Positions 14,041-27,956 of a DNA stretch of 64,000 nt are shown piece by piece. Below the pieces are notes generated by a model that did no database searches, had not been told where the DNA came from, and saw only the letters and a program-made list of their open reading frames with translations. The first letter of the stretch is position 1; every line of letters begins with the position of its first letter. Source of the stretch: Octopus vulgaris (taxonomy: Eukaryota); assembly GCA_951406725.2 (NCBI GenBank), contig OX597814.1, positions 91,450,001-91,514,000 on the forward strand, given 5' to 3'. The position numbers and the translations under genes were made by a program.

Positions 14041-16214
14041 TATTTTTTATATATTTTTTTTATACCTAAATGTCTTATTTTTACCTTCATAATCATGTAT
14101 TTTTCCTATCGCTCGAGAACACTGTTTACGGCTAGCTACCTATGCGCTATCTATATTGATATAATCACTCTAGTCAATACTAAACTACTAGACCATTTTA
14201 TGGTTTTGTCAGTAGTTTCTCTCCCTTTACTGGAATATATTTTCATGCCTGAGTGATGAGTATTTTAATAATTTTTAATTTATAATTCAATTCATAATGT
14301 ATTTTATCATATATACTTGTGTATGTGTGTGTGTGTGTGTATGTGTGTGTGTGTGTGCATGTGTGTGTGTTTCTACAGTTTTACACATTTTTTGTCAGTA
14401 TACTATATTTTTGCTTATAAGTATGTTCGAGCTTTGTTATAATATATTGTACTCTTAAAAGTCTTTCTTTGTTTTTCGCCCTCGTCACCAAGCTAACATT
14501 CTTTCCCTACCCCTGCCACATTGCTACAAGTTATATTCCATTCAATATATATAAATATAACATTTTGTGTCATCTCTACTCACCCCTCACCTATCCTATC
14601 GCCTAAACATCCAATTACCGTTTCGGGTTTTCTTCCACCCGCTGTTTCTCCCTGCTTTTTCTTTCTCTCTTTCTTTTACACTGATTTCGTTTTTCCACTT
14701 TGTTTTCTTATAAATATTCTTAATCGCTTAACAATTTCAATTTTAACAATAGATTTCATTTCACTTTTAATTCCATGCGTTCTTCACTTATATTCTATTT
14801 TTGTATTTGCAATTTCTTATTCTTACCATAATCTATCATATTCTTTTCACAATATGTTTTTCATTTAAGTGTTTTCGATTCACCTATTATATTTTTTCCC
14901 ATTATGATCAATACTCCTTTCATCCAACGGTACACCGTTATTTTGGCTAAATCAACTTCAAGTGCTTATTCCTCGAACTGGTATCTCAAAACACTTTGAT
15001 AATCGCAATACGTAAATTATCTTTATTAGTTGTATTATCACAACCTTCTCATGAACAGTTACGTGAACCTCTGAGTAACTATTTAAAGTTTTTACGGCTT
15101 CAATAAATTAAATAGAACAATACATACGTATATGCCTGTTATCTTTTATTTGTTTCAATCATTAGACAGCGGCCATGATACGGCACCGTCTTGAACAATT
15201 TGTTTCGGTCCACCCGCAGTAAATTTTTTTTTTATTAAGCCTGGTACTTATTCTATCGGTCTTCTTTGCTGACTGCTAGCTTACGGGGGACTTAAACACA
15301 CCAACCTCGGTGTTGAAGCTGTGATGGAAGACATATATGTATATCCACGACTCAACCATTTGTATATCTACACGAGTCTGCATATCTATTCGCACACACG
15401 CACGCATACGTGCAAGTCTGTGCAAATGAGTGCGCACGCGCGCACACACTCGTACATACATACACGCATACGCACACACACACACATATATATATATCCG
15501 TACATCCTCACAAATGCTTACTTATACACAAGAATGTACACGCTCGCATCCGCCTGCACACACATGCACTCTAGCTGTTATGCTTGCAAACCCAACTCAT
15601 TCCATACCCAGACACACAGTCGCCACCAATTTCCTGTCCAACCACGCGGCCCAAAAATCACTTTCCACTCATGTAACTGCTATCGCTTACTTAGTAATCC
15701 TGCAACGGACCAGCGTTCTGTCCATGTGCGGTGTACAAACGCTATCAAACCGTGAGACCGGCCCTTATGAGTCGGTATGCCTCGAGAAGGTAAATATATA
15801 TATATAAGTATATCGACAACTCCTGTATATGCATATGTACGTGACTATGCATATGTACTCGGACACAATCAAACCCATGCATACGCACACATACAAGCTT
15901 GTGCACGTGAGTGCACGCGCGCACACACACGCACACACACGCACATAGAAACACATCGATACGCACATACAAACACAGACACATACACGGATATAAGAAA
16001 ACACATACATGCACACACATAATCACCGGCGCGCAACTGGTACACAAACTGGTATGCTTAACAGCCCCAGTCTTTGCCCAGACGCAATATCACTCATGTA
16101 ACTGTTGTCGGTAGTTTGACGACACTGTCAATCGTTTCACCACCTAACCTTCCTTGACCAATTGCAGCCCACACAGCGGGGATTCCCGTGCCTCGCCAGT
16201 TATCCGTATTTTTA

Positions 16215-16267
16215 CCAGCTTGACGAGAAAAGCGCTGTCAGGCGCTTCGAAACTTGAAGTAGCATGG
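16215..16267 (+). ncRNA. Degenerate type-I hammerhead near the 3' end of a CA-rich repeat (about 15330-16358)
   Basis: CCAGC-UUGACGA-GAA-AAGCGC(loop)GCGCUU-C-GAAA-CUUGAAG-UA-GCAUGG. Confidence 0.55.
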
Positions 16268-16392
16268 AATCCAAATCAAGCTGTTTTGAAAAATACAATA
16301 CATGTCTGTAACTCCCAAGAAATATATTGAATGCCCTTTCTTGCGTCTTTTCACTCATATATATATATATATATATATATGCTTAGATACAT

Positions 16393-16494
<102 letters not shown>

Positions 16495-16755
16495 GGATAC
16501 AAATCTATATCAGAATTTATCAAGTAGCCAGCGTGAAAAACCAATTAAGGACAAAATTAATACAAAGTATATAACTTCTCCTTTAAATATAAATACATTA
16601 GTCATATTAAGAGCTATTAGTATAATAAACTACTTTAATTAACATATTTATTGAAGTAGTTTGACTTTAGAGTCCCATTACAGAGTGAGGCGTTTACTTA
16701 CAGTAATAGCCCTTATTTTAATATAAATATTACAATATATAATATAATATATAGA

Positions 16756-16786
<31 letters not shown>

Positions 16787-16789
16787 CAT

Positions 16790-16998
16790 AGATGGTTGGG
16801 CAAAAGTCACCTGATAGTAACTCAAAATCATTAAATTCCAGATTTGAATTTAACAAAACCATCTAAATATGAATAATCATAAAAATTGTTCAAACTGAAG
16901 TCATTCTTGAGCGATACCTTTTTTCATTCGAGTCAATACAGGATTTCATATAGGTATGGAATTTTGATTTACTGTCGGGTGACTTTTAGATAACCCTG

Positions 16999-17000
<2 letters not shown>
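16790..17000. mobile_element. Tc1/mariner-type MITE
   Basis: Imperfect ~30-bp TIRs GGTTGGGCAAAAGTCACCTGATAGTAA / TTACTGTCGGGTGACTTTTAGATAACCCTG, ending in TA. Confidence 0.7.
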
Positions 17001-17032
<32 letters not shown>

Positions 17033-17130
17033 CGCACACATTCAACATGTGATCTCGCGTAGTATCGATCGCAACAGCCGATGTACTTGCGCGTACAAAT
17101 GAACGTTCTCACAGCTTTATCGATCGAATG

Positions 17131-17362
17131 TCTTTCAACATGTGATCTCTTAAGCACCACCAGCTCAAATATTTTCTCCTCTGTCTTCCCTCCTTGGGAC
17201 CTTTCCTTCTCCTTGTTTCCAACGAAGAGCTCCGCTCGAAACGTTAAACCCTCCTTCCCTTCTTTCCTGAGCGTCAATAATACTTTAATTGTTCCACGTC
17301 CTGCGTTGCTGTGTTTTTTTCTTTTTTTCTCTTTTTTTCTGTGTTTTCTTGTTTGGATTAAC

Positions 17363-17363
<1 letters not shown>
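17131..17363 (+). mobile_element. Solo pLTR fragment of the same Penelope family in intron 1, with a hammerhead-like motif (17215-17249)
   Basis: Highly similar to the reverse complement of about 54300-54520; ends TTGGATTAAC followed by (TA)n. Confidence 0.8.
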
Positions 17364-17404
<41 letters not shown>

Positions 17405-17410
<6 letters not shown>

Positions 17411-17910
17411 GCAAAACGCCCCCCGTCCACTGGACGCTGCTGAGCTGTCAAACATTTAATCTTGTCCGGCCGTTCTATAGGCCTCCCCTCTGAGAAACAC
17501 TGACTTAACCTAAATTTGATACACCAGCAATAGAAGAAATATAGATAGACTACCTTCTTTCATGCCAAGTTTGAAGAAAATATCTCTTTTGCATCTTATT
17601 GTTTTAGTCTCTTAAATATGCTGCATTTTGTGGTAGTATTTCAAACCAGGCGGATTTTTTTTCGCAAACTGCACGTGTATTTTTCTCGTGTACGCGTAGT
17701 ATCGATCGCAACAGCTGATATACTTGCGCGTACAAATGCACGTTCTCACGGCTTTATCGATCGAATTTTCACCTGGAATCAATTTTTGTAATTTTTTCAA
17801 GACTTATACATGCCCTGATATCGTCGGTATCTACATATTGAATTTGAGCGCAATCAGATAGAGGATGCCCGAGATCCTAGAAGATACACACGCAGACAGG
17901 CAGAATGGAT

Positions 17911-17920
<10 letters not shown>
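17405..17920 (-). mobile_element. Probable decayed non-autonomous Helitron
   Basis: TAGCAAAACGCCCCCGTCC..GGACG hairpin at one end and CAGACAGGCAG..TTATATATA at the other, resembling 42790-43808; termini are degraded. Confidence 0.45.
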
Positions 17921-17944
<24 letters not shown>

Positions 17945-19134
17945 TACACACACATATATGTATGTATGCATGTATGTATTCCTTCATGAGTTTATAACCT
18001 GTAGATGAATATCGATGTGTCTATTTCCTGGACTGTTCTTAAAATATTCTTTGTTATGATTTTATATATTCGTATCAATATCAGGATGCACTTGAAATAA
18101 AATATTTATTGGTTAGCATACACGTATGTAAAAGAAATTTCCTGTGTCTCTCACGTAGAGGAATGTAGAACAGCAATCAAAAGATCATGATTAAGAACTA
18201 AAAGTTTTCTAAATAGAAGGTTAATACTGCTATAGAAAATATTGATTTTTACAAATACTGATTAACAACAAAAGCGTGTTTTCGAGAAACACGTACTTCA
18301 TTATAAGTTTTCGTGTTGAAGTTGTTGTTGCTTTATTTTATAGTTTTGTCTTTGTTGAACTTCTGGTCAACCCTAATCGGATTGTGAAATGCTAGTTGTG
18401 ACTGTCAGAAACTGTGGGTGATATCCTGATTTAAGCAATCTCTACTTATCTAAATGATGTATTGTGATTGTTCATGGTAATTTGTGATATTTGGCGTTAG
18501 AGTCGTATTTGGGCACGCAGTTTCCTGAGGTCAAATCGCACTGATGTCAATGTATGAGGTGAGCTAGGAGAATTGACAGCACGCCGGGCAACTTACTACA
18601 AAGCATTTCGTCCGTCTAAACGTTCAGAGTTCTAATTCCGCCTAGGTCGACTTTGTCTTTCATCCTTTCGGAATCGATAATGTAACTACTAGTTGACCAC
18701 TGGGGTCGATATAATCGATCTACTCTTCCCCCAAAATTGCTGGCTCTGAAACCAATTTGAAGCTAATATATAAAGTATTGTTTCAGCTTTCTCCCCCTTT
18801 CTACCCCCGCCCTTCTCTCTTTCTCCCTCTGAAAACGTATTAAGTAACCATTCACATGGAGAGACAAGCGACAAATTCTCATACAATATCAAATATGCTA
18901 TTAGAACATCCAAGAATGAACCGTTGTATATTATAGGACGAGTCGGTAATAAAGGAATGTTATGATCTGAAGGATGTCTCGCTGCTCTGTCACGCGGCTC
19001 GAGTGACCGAGCAGGCGTTTTATTATTGCTCTTGTGATTGCTCGTTTTGTTGTAATTTTTCATGTTATTTTTCATGTTGCTATTGTGCAATTTCATTATT
19101 CATTTTATTTGCTATTTCTCTTTCTTTTCTTCAG

Positions 19135-19399
19135 ATTGATATAGATCAACTGTCGTCCGTAAAAACTTCCTGCCAGCAAAATTTGCGTGACTTGTGTAAG
19201 CTGTTTAAAAAAGAATTCAATATAGATGTGGGTTCGATTAATATCCCTGACCTAGACAAACCATTGTATTCCGGATCGATAATGTCTCTTTACCTTTCAT
19301 CACTCAACGAATCAATTCCGGAGAAATCATTTCAAGACGAAGACTTCTGGCGAAAACTCATTTCCAAATCCATTTTGCGAAACAACGAAGAAGAACTAA
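19135..19399 (+). CDS. Coding exon 2 of the same gene (second half of the N-terminal domain)
   Basis: Polypyrimidine tract plus TTCAG acceptor ending 19134, phase 0 in (IDIDQLSS...DLDKPLYSG...FWRK...NNEEEL). GTGAGT donor at 19400, phase 1. Confidence 0.82.
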
Positions 19400-19864
19400 G
19401 TGAGTTTTCCTATTTTCTTCTTTGTTTTTGTTTTTTTCTGTCAGGCATTATTAACATTAATGTTGGAGTGTATACAGACAAGCTGAATCTTTAAAGCATC
19501 GGACAAATACTTTGTGGCATTTAGTCAGGCATGATTTTTCCCATTTTGCTTTCAAGTGCTGCTGTAGCAACATTTGTATTTCATCATTCTGTGGTGGTAA
19601 CCTTAAGTGGAAATCAGATTTGGACGATTCAATCTAATATGCCCTAAATTCAAACCTTCTTCTCCGTGATGATAATTAAAATTTGTATTAGTACTAAATT
19701 CTCAAAAAGGGGACTTTACGGTGTGAATCATATAAGAATCTTGAAACATTCTTTTTTAATTATATCACTATTCCACTATTTAAAACGAGAGAATGAGAGC
19801 ATTCATTGACAGTCTTACAGTGATTGAATCTCTGCCTACCAAATAAAAAATACTTCGAGAATTA

Positions 19865-20475
19865 ATAATGGTTTCAAATTTTGGCAGAAGGACAGCAAGT
19901 TCTGGGAGAGGGGTAAGTTAACAGCATTGACGCCAGTGCTCAATGATTACTTCTTTTATCGACTCCGAAAGGATAAAAGGCAAAGTCGACCTCGGCGGAC
20001 CTTGAACTTAGAACATGAAGACGAACGAAATGCTGCCAAGCATTTTGCCCGGCGTGATAATGATTCTGCTAGCTAGCCGCCTTACGCGGAGAATTAATAA
20101 TCCTTTCTACTAAAGACACAGGACATTGAAAATTTGAGTGAGTAGGCTAGTTGTTTAGATCGACCCCAGTGTTTCGCTGGTACTTAATTTATCGACCCCG
20201 AAAAGATGAAAGCCAAAGTCGGCCTCGGTGGAATTTGAACTCAGAACGTAGCGACGGCGAAATGCGGCTCGGCAGTTCGTCCAGCGTGCTAACGATTCTG
20301 CCAACTCGCCGCCTTTAACTCCAAGAATTAATAATCCTTTCTACTATAGGCACAACGCCTGAAAATTGGCGGGAGGAGGCCAGTCGATTAGATCAACCTC
20401 AGTATGCAACTGGTACTTAATTTAATCGGTCCCAAAAGGATGAAAGGCAAAGTCAACCCCAGCGGAATTTGGTTC
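19865..20475 (-). mobile_element. Tandem cluster of three SINE family B copies in intron 2
   Basis: Repeated GGTACTTAATTTATCGACCCCGAAA.GATGAAAGGCAAAGTCGACCTCGG.GGAATTTGAACTCAGAAC units separated by GAGAATTAATAAT. Confidence 0.8.
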
Positions 20476-21030
20476 CGAGAATTAATAATATCATTAAATT
20501 TCAACTTAAATTACAAGGACACGGACACACACATACTAACACACACAAGCACACGCATACTCACGCACACACGAACACACGCACACATGTATATATATAT
20601 ATATTAACAACATGCATTAATCATTTGTTTACATTGGTAAAATATATGTGATGCTCTTTAGTTCACTTCCTCCATCAAATCTACGCCGCCTGAACAGGTG
20701 CACTGTGTACCACACGTCAGGTTTCAAAATGATCGCAGAGTAACGTAAGGCGCTGCGTGTTGCTCAAAATCATACGATATCATTCGATACAGGAATTGAA
20801 ACCACACCCCAACAATATCTCGACCAACACCCTAACCACTAAACTACGATCCCACGACACACATGCATACACGCACACATATACATGCATATACAGGAAA
20901 TAATAGTTTATAACAACCAACACTCTATTCACTTTCTTTGCTAAATACCTATACATTAGTCTTGTCTACATTTAACTATGATGAATTACATTTTTATATT
21001 CGTATTTTCATTGTTTTCTTTAAATTTCAG

Positions 21031-23633
21031 CCCCGGAAGTCTATACTAAAGACAATCTTTTGTATAAGCAGTATTTGAAAACTATTTGTCGTGAGAGAAC
21101 AGACGGTGTCCATGCAAAAACCTTACCCCATCCTGATCCGAGAAAGTATATCCAATGCTTAAAGTCATCAGACTACTACGTGAAGCGCTGTCCGATTGGT
21201 ACATTCTGGTTGCAAAAAAGATTGACTTGTGTTCATCGAGAGGACGATACAGACACCACTCAAAAGGATAAAAATCTGCTACCGAAGAAAACTCGCCCCG
21301 CTATGAAAATGCCAGCTTTAAAGACTTTTGCCAATCCTTGTACGAAGGAAACGTTTGATAATGGAAGATTATACTTTCCGCATTCTGACCCTACCAAATA
21401 TATTCAGTGTGTAGATATTGGTTCATATATAGTGAAAGATTGTATCCCAGGAAACAGTTGGTTTCAGAACGAAACGATGTGCTTAAATACATCAGAACAT
21501 CTACGTCAGAAATATAGAAGTTTGATCTTCAAGACAACTTTGCACGACAACCTCGGAAAAACTACCCTAAACCCTTTGGTCAACATATTTAAGCATCTTT
21601 GTACCAAAGCTGCTATAGCAGCCAAACGTCTTTATTATTCTCATCCCAACCCAAAGAAATTTGTCGAGTGCACAGGTGTGGGTTTATATGTTATTAGAAG
21701 TTGCGCCTCTGGTAAATTTTGGTCAAAGAAAGGTGATACGTGTATACATAATTATTATCCATCTACTCAATACTTGCCAACTAGAAGGCATCTGACAAAC
21801 ATCTATGGTTCTACAATATATTCATCAAATAAGCAGGGCAATCAGTTCAATAGGCCGGCTACATTACCCATGACGACTATGAAAGAAAAATTGCATCACA
21901 CAGCATCCTTGTCAGGCAAATCAAAAATACCGATGCATTACACAACTGCAAGGTCTTTACCAAAAAGGACACAGAAATCAAGGCACCAGCCTCCTAACAA
22001 ACCAAGATATACAACCTCAAAAATGTTTACTGACATTCCTACAGCAACAGCGAAAGCAATCCCTACTTATTACTCAAGACCCGCAAATAAACCCAGCACG
22101 AAAGCAATGAAACACTATACTGAGAGAATGGTAATGACAAGAAAATCGAAGTTTGATAGATATTTCAAGAAATTTGACAGTAGCCTCTGTACAAAAGAAA
22201 ATATTGCTGCTGGCTTGAAATATTTTGCGCATCGATATCCGACTATGTATTTTGAATGCATAGCCCCAGGAAAATTTGTAAGGCGAGATTGTCCAAGATT
22301 ATTCTTTTGGTCTCAACCTGATAAGAAGTGCATACCGCCAAGAATAACGCTACCTCGAATAAAACCGACCACTACCACCCCCATCCCCACCACCACCACC
22401 ACCACTACCGCTACAACAACATCAATAACAACACCAGCATTCACAACTTCCCAAAGGAATCATAGAACATCTAAAATTACCTTACCTCCCCGTTTCAAAA
22501 ACCCTTGTACGAAAAAAGCAATAGCCGCTAATAAGTTTCTTTTCCGTCACCCTAATCCACGAATGTTTATCCTATGCACATCAAGGGGAAATTATTATAT
22601 AAAACAATGTGGCAAGGATGCTGTATGGTTTCAACCTAATCGTACGTGTCTTTATATGTCCAAAGATCGATCTACTAAACCTACAAAAACAACTACTTTT
22701 AAAATTTCCCCAAAGCATGGTACAGTGAAACGAGCTTCTTCAAACACATTTGAAACTTATTGCACTAAAGAGAATTTAGAATCACGTCGTCAATACTTTC
22801 CGCATCCTGAACCCAATAAATTCATACTGTGTACGAACCCAGGGACTTACATTGTAAAAGAATGTCATTACCAAGCTTTATGGTCACAGGCAAACCTCAC
22901 ATGCATAAGTGAAGAACAGATGAGCACACCTAAAACGACGACAGTCAAATCTACTGTCTCAACCACAGTCAAAACCCCAACTTTACAAGTTTACAATCCT
23001 TCCCTGCTCAATAAAATTAAAAACCCTTGTACAAGAGAAAAAATTGCTGCCAATGTAATGTTTTTTGCTCACCCAGATCCTCAATATTATGTTCAATGTA
23101 CGACCCATGGAACATATTTTGTTAAATCGTGTGACAATGGTACACTATGGTCACAAGCAAATCAAACATGCATACATAGATATTCACATCACACGATAAT
23201 TCAACAAGAGTATGGTGGTATGAACACTGGTAGGAGTTTATGTACAGCAGAAGCATTGGAAGCAGGTGCAGGCTACTTTGCACATTCGGACCCAAGAAAA
23301 TTTATTCAGTGCACTGTACCGGGTTCGTACGTACTAAGAAACTGCTCTCCTGGAACTGTGTGGAACCAACATGAGATGGACTGCGTATTCGGTGCTTCAA
23401 TACATCATGTAATAACAAGTCAACTTCCGGATACAACAAGTAAGGATGATAATGAAGAAGTAGAATGGGGGCACTCACCTCATTCTAATCCATGCACGAG
23501 GGAGTTATTTAAAGCTCGTTTCGCTCATCCTGATAAAACCAAATATATTCAATGTTCCAACTGGTATAATTTTGTTACATTGAAATGCAATCCGGGAAAA
23601 GTTTGGTCACAACAGCTCTATAATTGTATCTAA
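21031..23633 (+). CDS. Terminal coding exon with nine peritrophin-A/ChtBD2 (CBM14)-like repeats and Thr/Pro/Lys-rich linkers
   Basis: TTTCAG acceptor ending 21030; phase 1 joins the 857-aa open frame. Nine repeats of the form C..HP.P.K[FY]I.C..G.Y.V..C..G..W.Q....C; TAA at 23631-23633. Spliced CDS is 3096 nt = 1031 aa plus stop. Confidence 0.92.
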
Positions 23634-23925
23634 AACCCTATTTTCAAAAATAATTCCTAAAATTATTTAATCGTAGAAGAAAACGTTGTTAATAATTTAA
23701 AGTTTAAGCTTTGTAGCCATCTAAGAAACTTTTAACTATGTATTATATTTTCAAATACTATGTTGAAATATTGGGAACCGTTGCTAGAAATATCTCTTTT
23801 CTTTCGCTACTTTTTTTCTTTATTTACTAATACCTTTTTACAGTATCCAGCTTTCATTTTAGTCATGGAATTAAGACACATTAAACAGGGTTAATGTGAC
23901 AGTTATCTAATTTTATCAACTATAA

Positions 23926-24006
23926 AATAAAATTTGATTTAGGACTTTGTATATGATTATATGTATAAGCACCATATGTCAACGTTCTTATGAATTTTCC
24001 AATAAA
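23926..24006 (+). promoter_or_regulatory. Candidate polyadenylation signals of the chitin-binding gene
   Basis: AATAAA at 23926 and 24001, about 300-370 nt after the stop. The hexamer is common in AT-rich DNA. Confidence 0.35.
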
Positions 24007-26862
24007 ATTGTCAGCCTTCTTTGTTTCCAATCTTCCTCATTGATTCTTTTCATTTGCACCTGTATAGCTGATTATACTAAAACATTGCATATGAGCATCA
24101 TCAATATAGAAAGTATCATAAATATGAATATTGTACTTAGATAGGAAGTATGGCCCTAATCTATCACTATATTCATAACTAGTAAAACTTTACGTTTCCT
24201 TTTTTCATATATAGACGATACGTAATATTAAAAAATAATACAAACACATGGTACAATGAAGTGGAGCAAAGATAAAAACAATTATCAAGTGAAGAAAAAA
24301 TAATGGCTTGGAGTGTTTCATTACTAGGGCGTGTATTCTTCCACTTACCGAACCGAAATAACTAAATACCTGTAAGTAATATTCCACTAGTAATTTACAA
24401 TGTAGTTTACGAGGACACTTTAATTTGTAGTTAATTTTAGCAAAGCGGGAATGCTCAGCTAGCTAAACAATATTCATGTATTACTTATAGAATATGATCG
24501 TGAAGGTAATCAAAACGAGGCACCGTTTCTTGAACGACAAATACATTTAGGACACATGTTTTTAGTTGTTATTGGTCTCTCCGTTTCAGATCGGAAGAAG
24601 ATATTTCTATTCAAAAGCATTCTAGCCATGACGATTTGGTCTTTTTCAAGATTCCGTAAACTCCGAACATTACCCAATGTGTCATTCTGAAAGGCAGTAT
24701 ATTTTCACATGAACATCTTTAGCTAGTATTATCCATAGGTTAAGCAACCACCTAAAATTCATCGCATTGGAAGGTACTTTCTCATTGGCACACGGAAAAT
24801 AGTCACGTTGTCTCTCTAGGTCTTCCATAATTTCTCTCTATAATCTGTTTACTCACTTTTTAGATATTAAGTCAGCTACAGTTGGCTCGTCCTGTTTGAG
24901 TTTATGTTGTATTATAAAATACTTGCTTTTCAGCCATATGTTTCTGGGTTCAATCCCACTGCGTGGCACCTTGAGCATTCATTTTCTAGTATGGCCTCGG
25001 GCCGATCAAAGCATTCTAATGGATATATGTATCACATGTTTGAGTCATTAGACTGTGGCCATGCTGGGGCACCGCTTTAAACAATACGTTAGTCGAACCA
25101 ATCGATCCAAGTACTAAAATTTTTTCAGTACTGGTATTTAATCTATCGGTTTCTTTCGCCGAACAGCCAGGTCAGGGATACACAAGTATACCAACATCGG
25201 CCACCGAACGGTGGTGGAGGACAAACACACGCATACACGCGCGCGCATATACACACGTTGTATATATATTTTGGCATTTTCTACCTTGACTTTTTCATTA
25301 TATATATATCTATATGTATGTGTATATATGTATGTGTATATATATATGTATGTGTATACATATGTATATATATATAATAGAAGAAACCTATATGTATGTA
25401 CGTTTGTATGTATGTAGTATGTATGTATGTATGTATTTATGTATGTATGTATGTATGTATGTATGTATGTATTTATGTATGTACGTATGTATTTATGTCT
25501 GTATGTGCCTCTTTGTGTTTGTGTTTTTTCCCAACCACCGCTTAAAAAAGCGGTGTCAGTTTGTTTACGTCAACTATAACTTAGCAGCTCGACAAAAAGA
25601 GACCGATAGAATATCAGGCTAAATAAATATTAAGTTCTGGGATCGATTTGTTTAACTGAACTCTTGAAGGTTGTGCTCCTCCGTCGTCACATTCCAATGA
25701 CTGAAACAAGTAAAAGACAAATTCTAAAAGATTATTTTGGTTGCGATATCTGTTTTTGACGAAAGTGAAATTGCTTCCTGAATACTCGGCTAATGAATTT
25801 GGACAAATATGTAATTAGATTAGTTATCCTAAGGATCATTTATAAACCTAGCTGGAAATCATTAGAGGAGAGGAAAATACAATAAAATTTTAATCATTTA
25901 CTACGATATTCTTTAATAATTTCGCGAAGAATGGAAGAAAGTAATTTAACCTATTTTAAAGAACATGTTGTTCTGATGTAGTAATAGCTTCACTTTTATA
26001 TTTTTTGCCAAAGAAGTTGAAATAAATTTTGTCAATGACTAACTAGTGACCTCAAATTTTAATAATGTAATTATTTTCAGATAGCCTCTCTATATATAGA
26101 ATTATTTTCAGATAGCTTCTATATTCAATAAACAGGTTAAAATCAATTTTAAAATTGCTTTTCATGCAGATGGAGTCTAGAGAGAATTTTATCTTATATT
26201 TCGCTTTATTCCACTTTTCTTCTTTTTTTCTCTTTCTCTATTACTTTTCAAATGATTTCATGTTTCTTTTCTTTTTTCCTAATTTTGTCTCCATATTTCA
26301 CATTTATTTGGTTTCCTTTTAACTTTCTTCGTCAATCTGTCTCCCCTTCTCACAGTTCTTCCATTTTTACCCAATAAAGCAATTACATGTAACACTGATT
26401 TCAAATTTTGGCACAGGGCCAACATCATTAGGAGAGGGATAAGTCGACTGCATCAACTGGTACTTATTTTATCAACCCCGAAATTATGAAAGGTAAAGTC
26501 GACCTCGGCAGAATTTGAACTCAGAACATAGCAACGGACGAAATGCCGCTAAGTATTTCGCCCAGTGTGCTGACAATTCTGGCAGTTCGCTGCCATTACA
26601 AATACAAGTAATGTTGGTATGAAATTTTGGCATAAAGCTAGCAATTTCCGGGTTGAGGTTAGTCGATTACATCAACCCGAGTAGTCAACTGATACTTATT
26701 TTATCGACTCCGAAAGGATGAATGTCAATGTCGACCACGACGGAATTTGAATTCAGAATGTAAAGACGGTCAAAATGCTTGAAGCCTTAACAAATACCAT
26801 AGATATTAGTAATGTGACAATCGATGCATCCGTTATTTCTATTCGAGTCAGTGCTGACTTTA

Positions 26863-26909
<47 letters not shown>

Positions 26910-27956
26910 CTGCGTGCGCGATTGTGTACGTGTGTGTGCATCTGGAAAGGAAATGCGTTGTCACTATCGTAGCTTCTTCTTGAGTAGTTTTATTTCAACC
27001 AAATATCTTAATCCTGTAGTTTGATACTGGTCGAATCGAAAATGTATTGATTTGACACCAGTATTTGTTTATTTAGTACATTTCAGCCTGCTGAATGCAT
27101 TCGGATCACTAGGATATTTTATTCCCTCCAGATTTTGAGGCTCTGTAAAGAGTCATGGGCTCTGCTATTGTCTCTTAATTAAAAGATTAAAATAAAATGG
27201 CTCTCTTCAATTTCTGTGCAGAAATCTTCAATAGTTACAGTTTATTTTTTAGGAATATTAGAGAATGTAGTATCTCTAAAACTAATCTCTCATTATTTGA
27301 AATTGGTGCAATTAAATCCTCTTCTGATAGTCGCTTTGAGTAGGAATAGTATCGCAAATTTGATTTGTTCTAGATACACTACACAAAGATGTAGTATTGA
27401 AGTGGTGATAAGCGATTAGATCGATTATTGATGCCAGTTGTTATCTTTATTCATTCCAATACTCGAAGATTTCGTTAACGCTAAACGATATTGATTATAC
27501 TTGACTGTAAATAAAGTTCTCTAACGTATTGCTTTTTTACAAAGAGATATTTGGAAGGAGACAATTGCTTATCAACCCCTTTCCCATTTTACTTTTGCAC
27601 TTTTGAAAATACGCAAAAATTTGCTTGAATGCTATAAAAAATTGACTAAGTTTATTATGTTAGTATGATTCCTAATACCTAAGGGTCACAGAACAAAGCA
27701 TGCGTCCATATAGCACCAATTCGTTAATAGACTTTTGATAATTGACAATTAAGCCACTTCACTTACACTTATAATGAATGACTTGAAAAAGTGCAAACGT
27801 CAGTGACTACATTTCACATATGAGAGTTTTCTTAGTCCATTCAGTAAAATATCTTTTATTTCACCTTTCATATTTTCATATAATTCTAAACAACGCAACA
27901 CGAAAGTATTTCATTGTAATTCCCGTAGAAAATAGCAAACAAAATTTTGTAATATA

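Noticed and set aside
21060-23633. Stand-alone 857-aa gene starting at 21060
   Set aside because: The 'start' is TTG with no signal peptide; a strong acceptor at 21030 joins it in phase to upstream exons.
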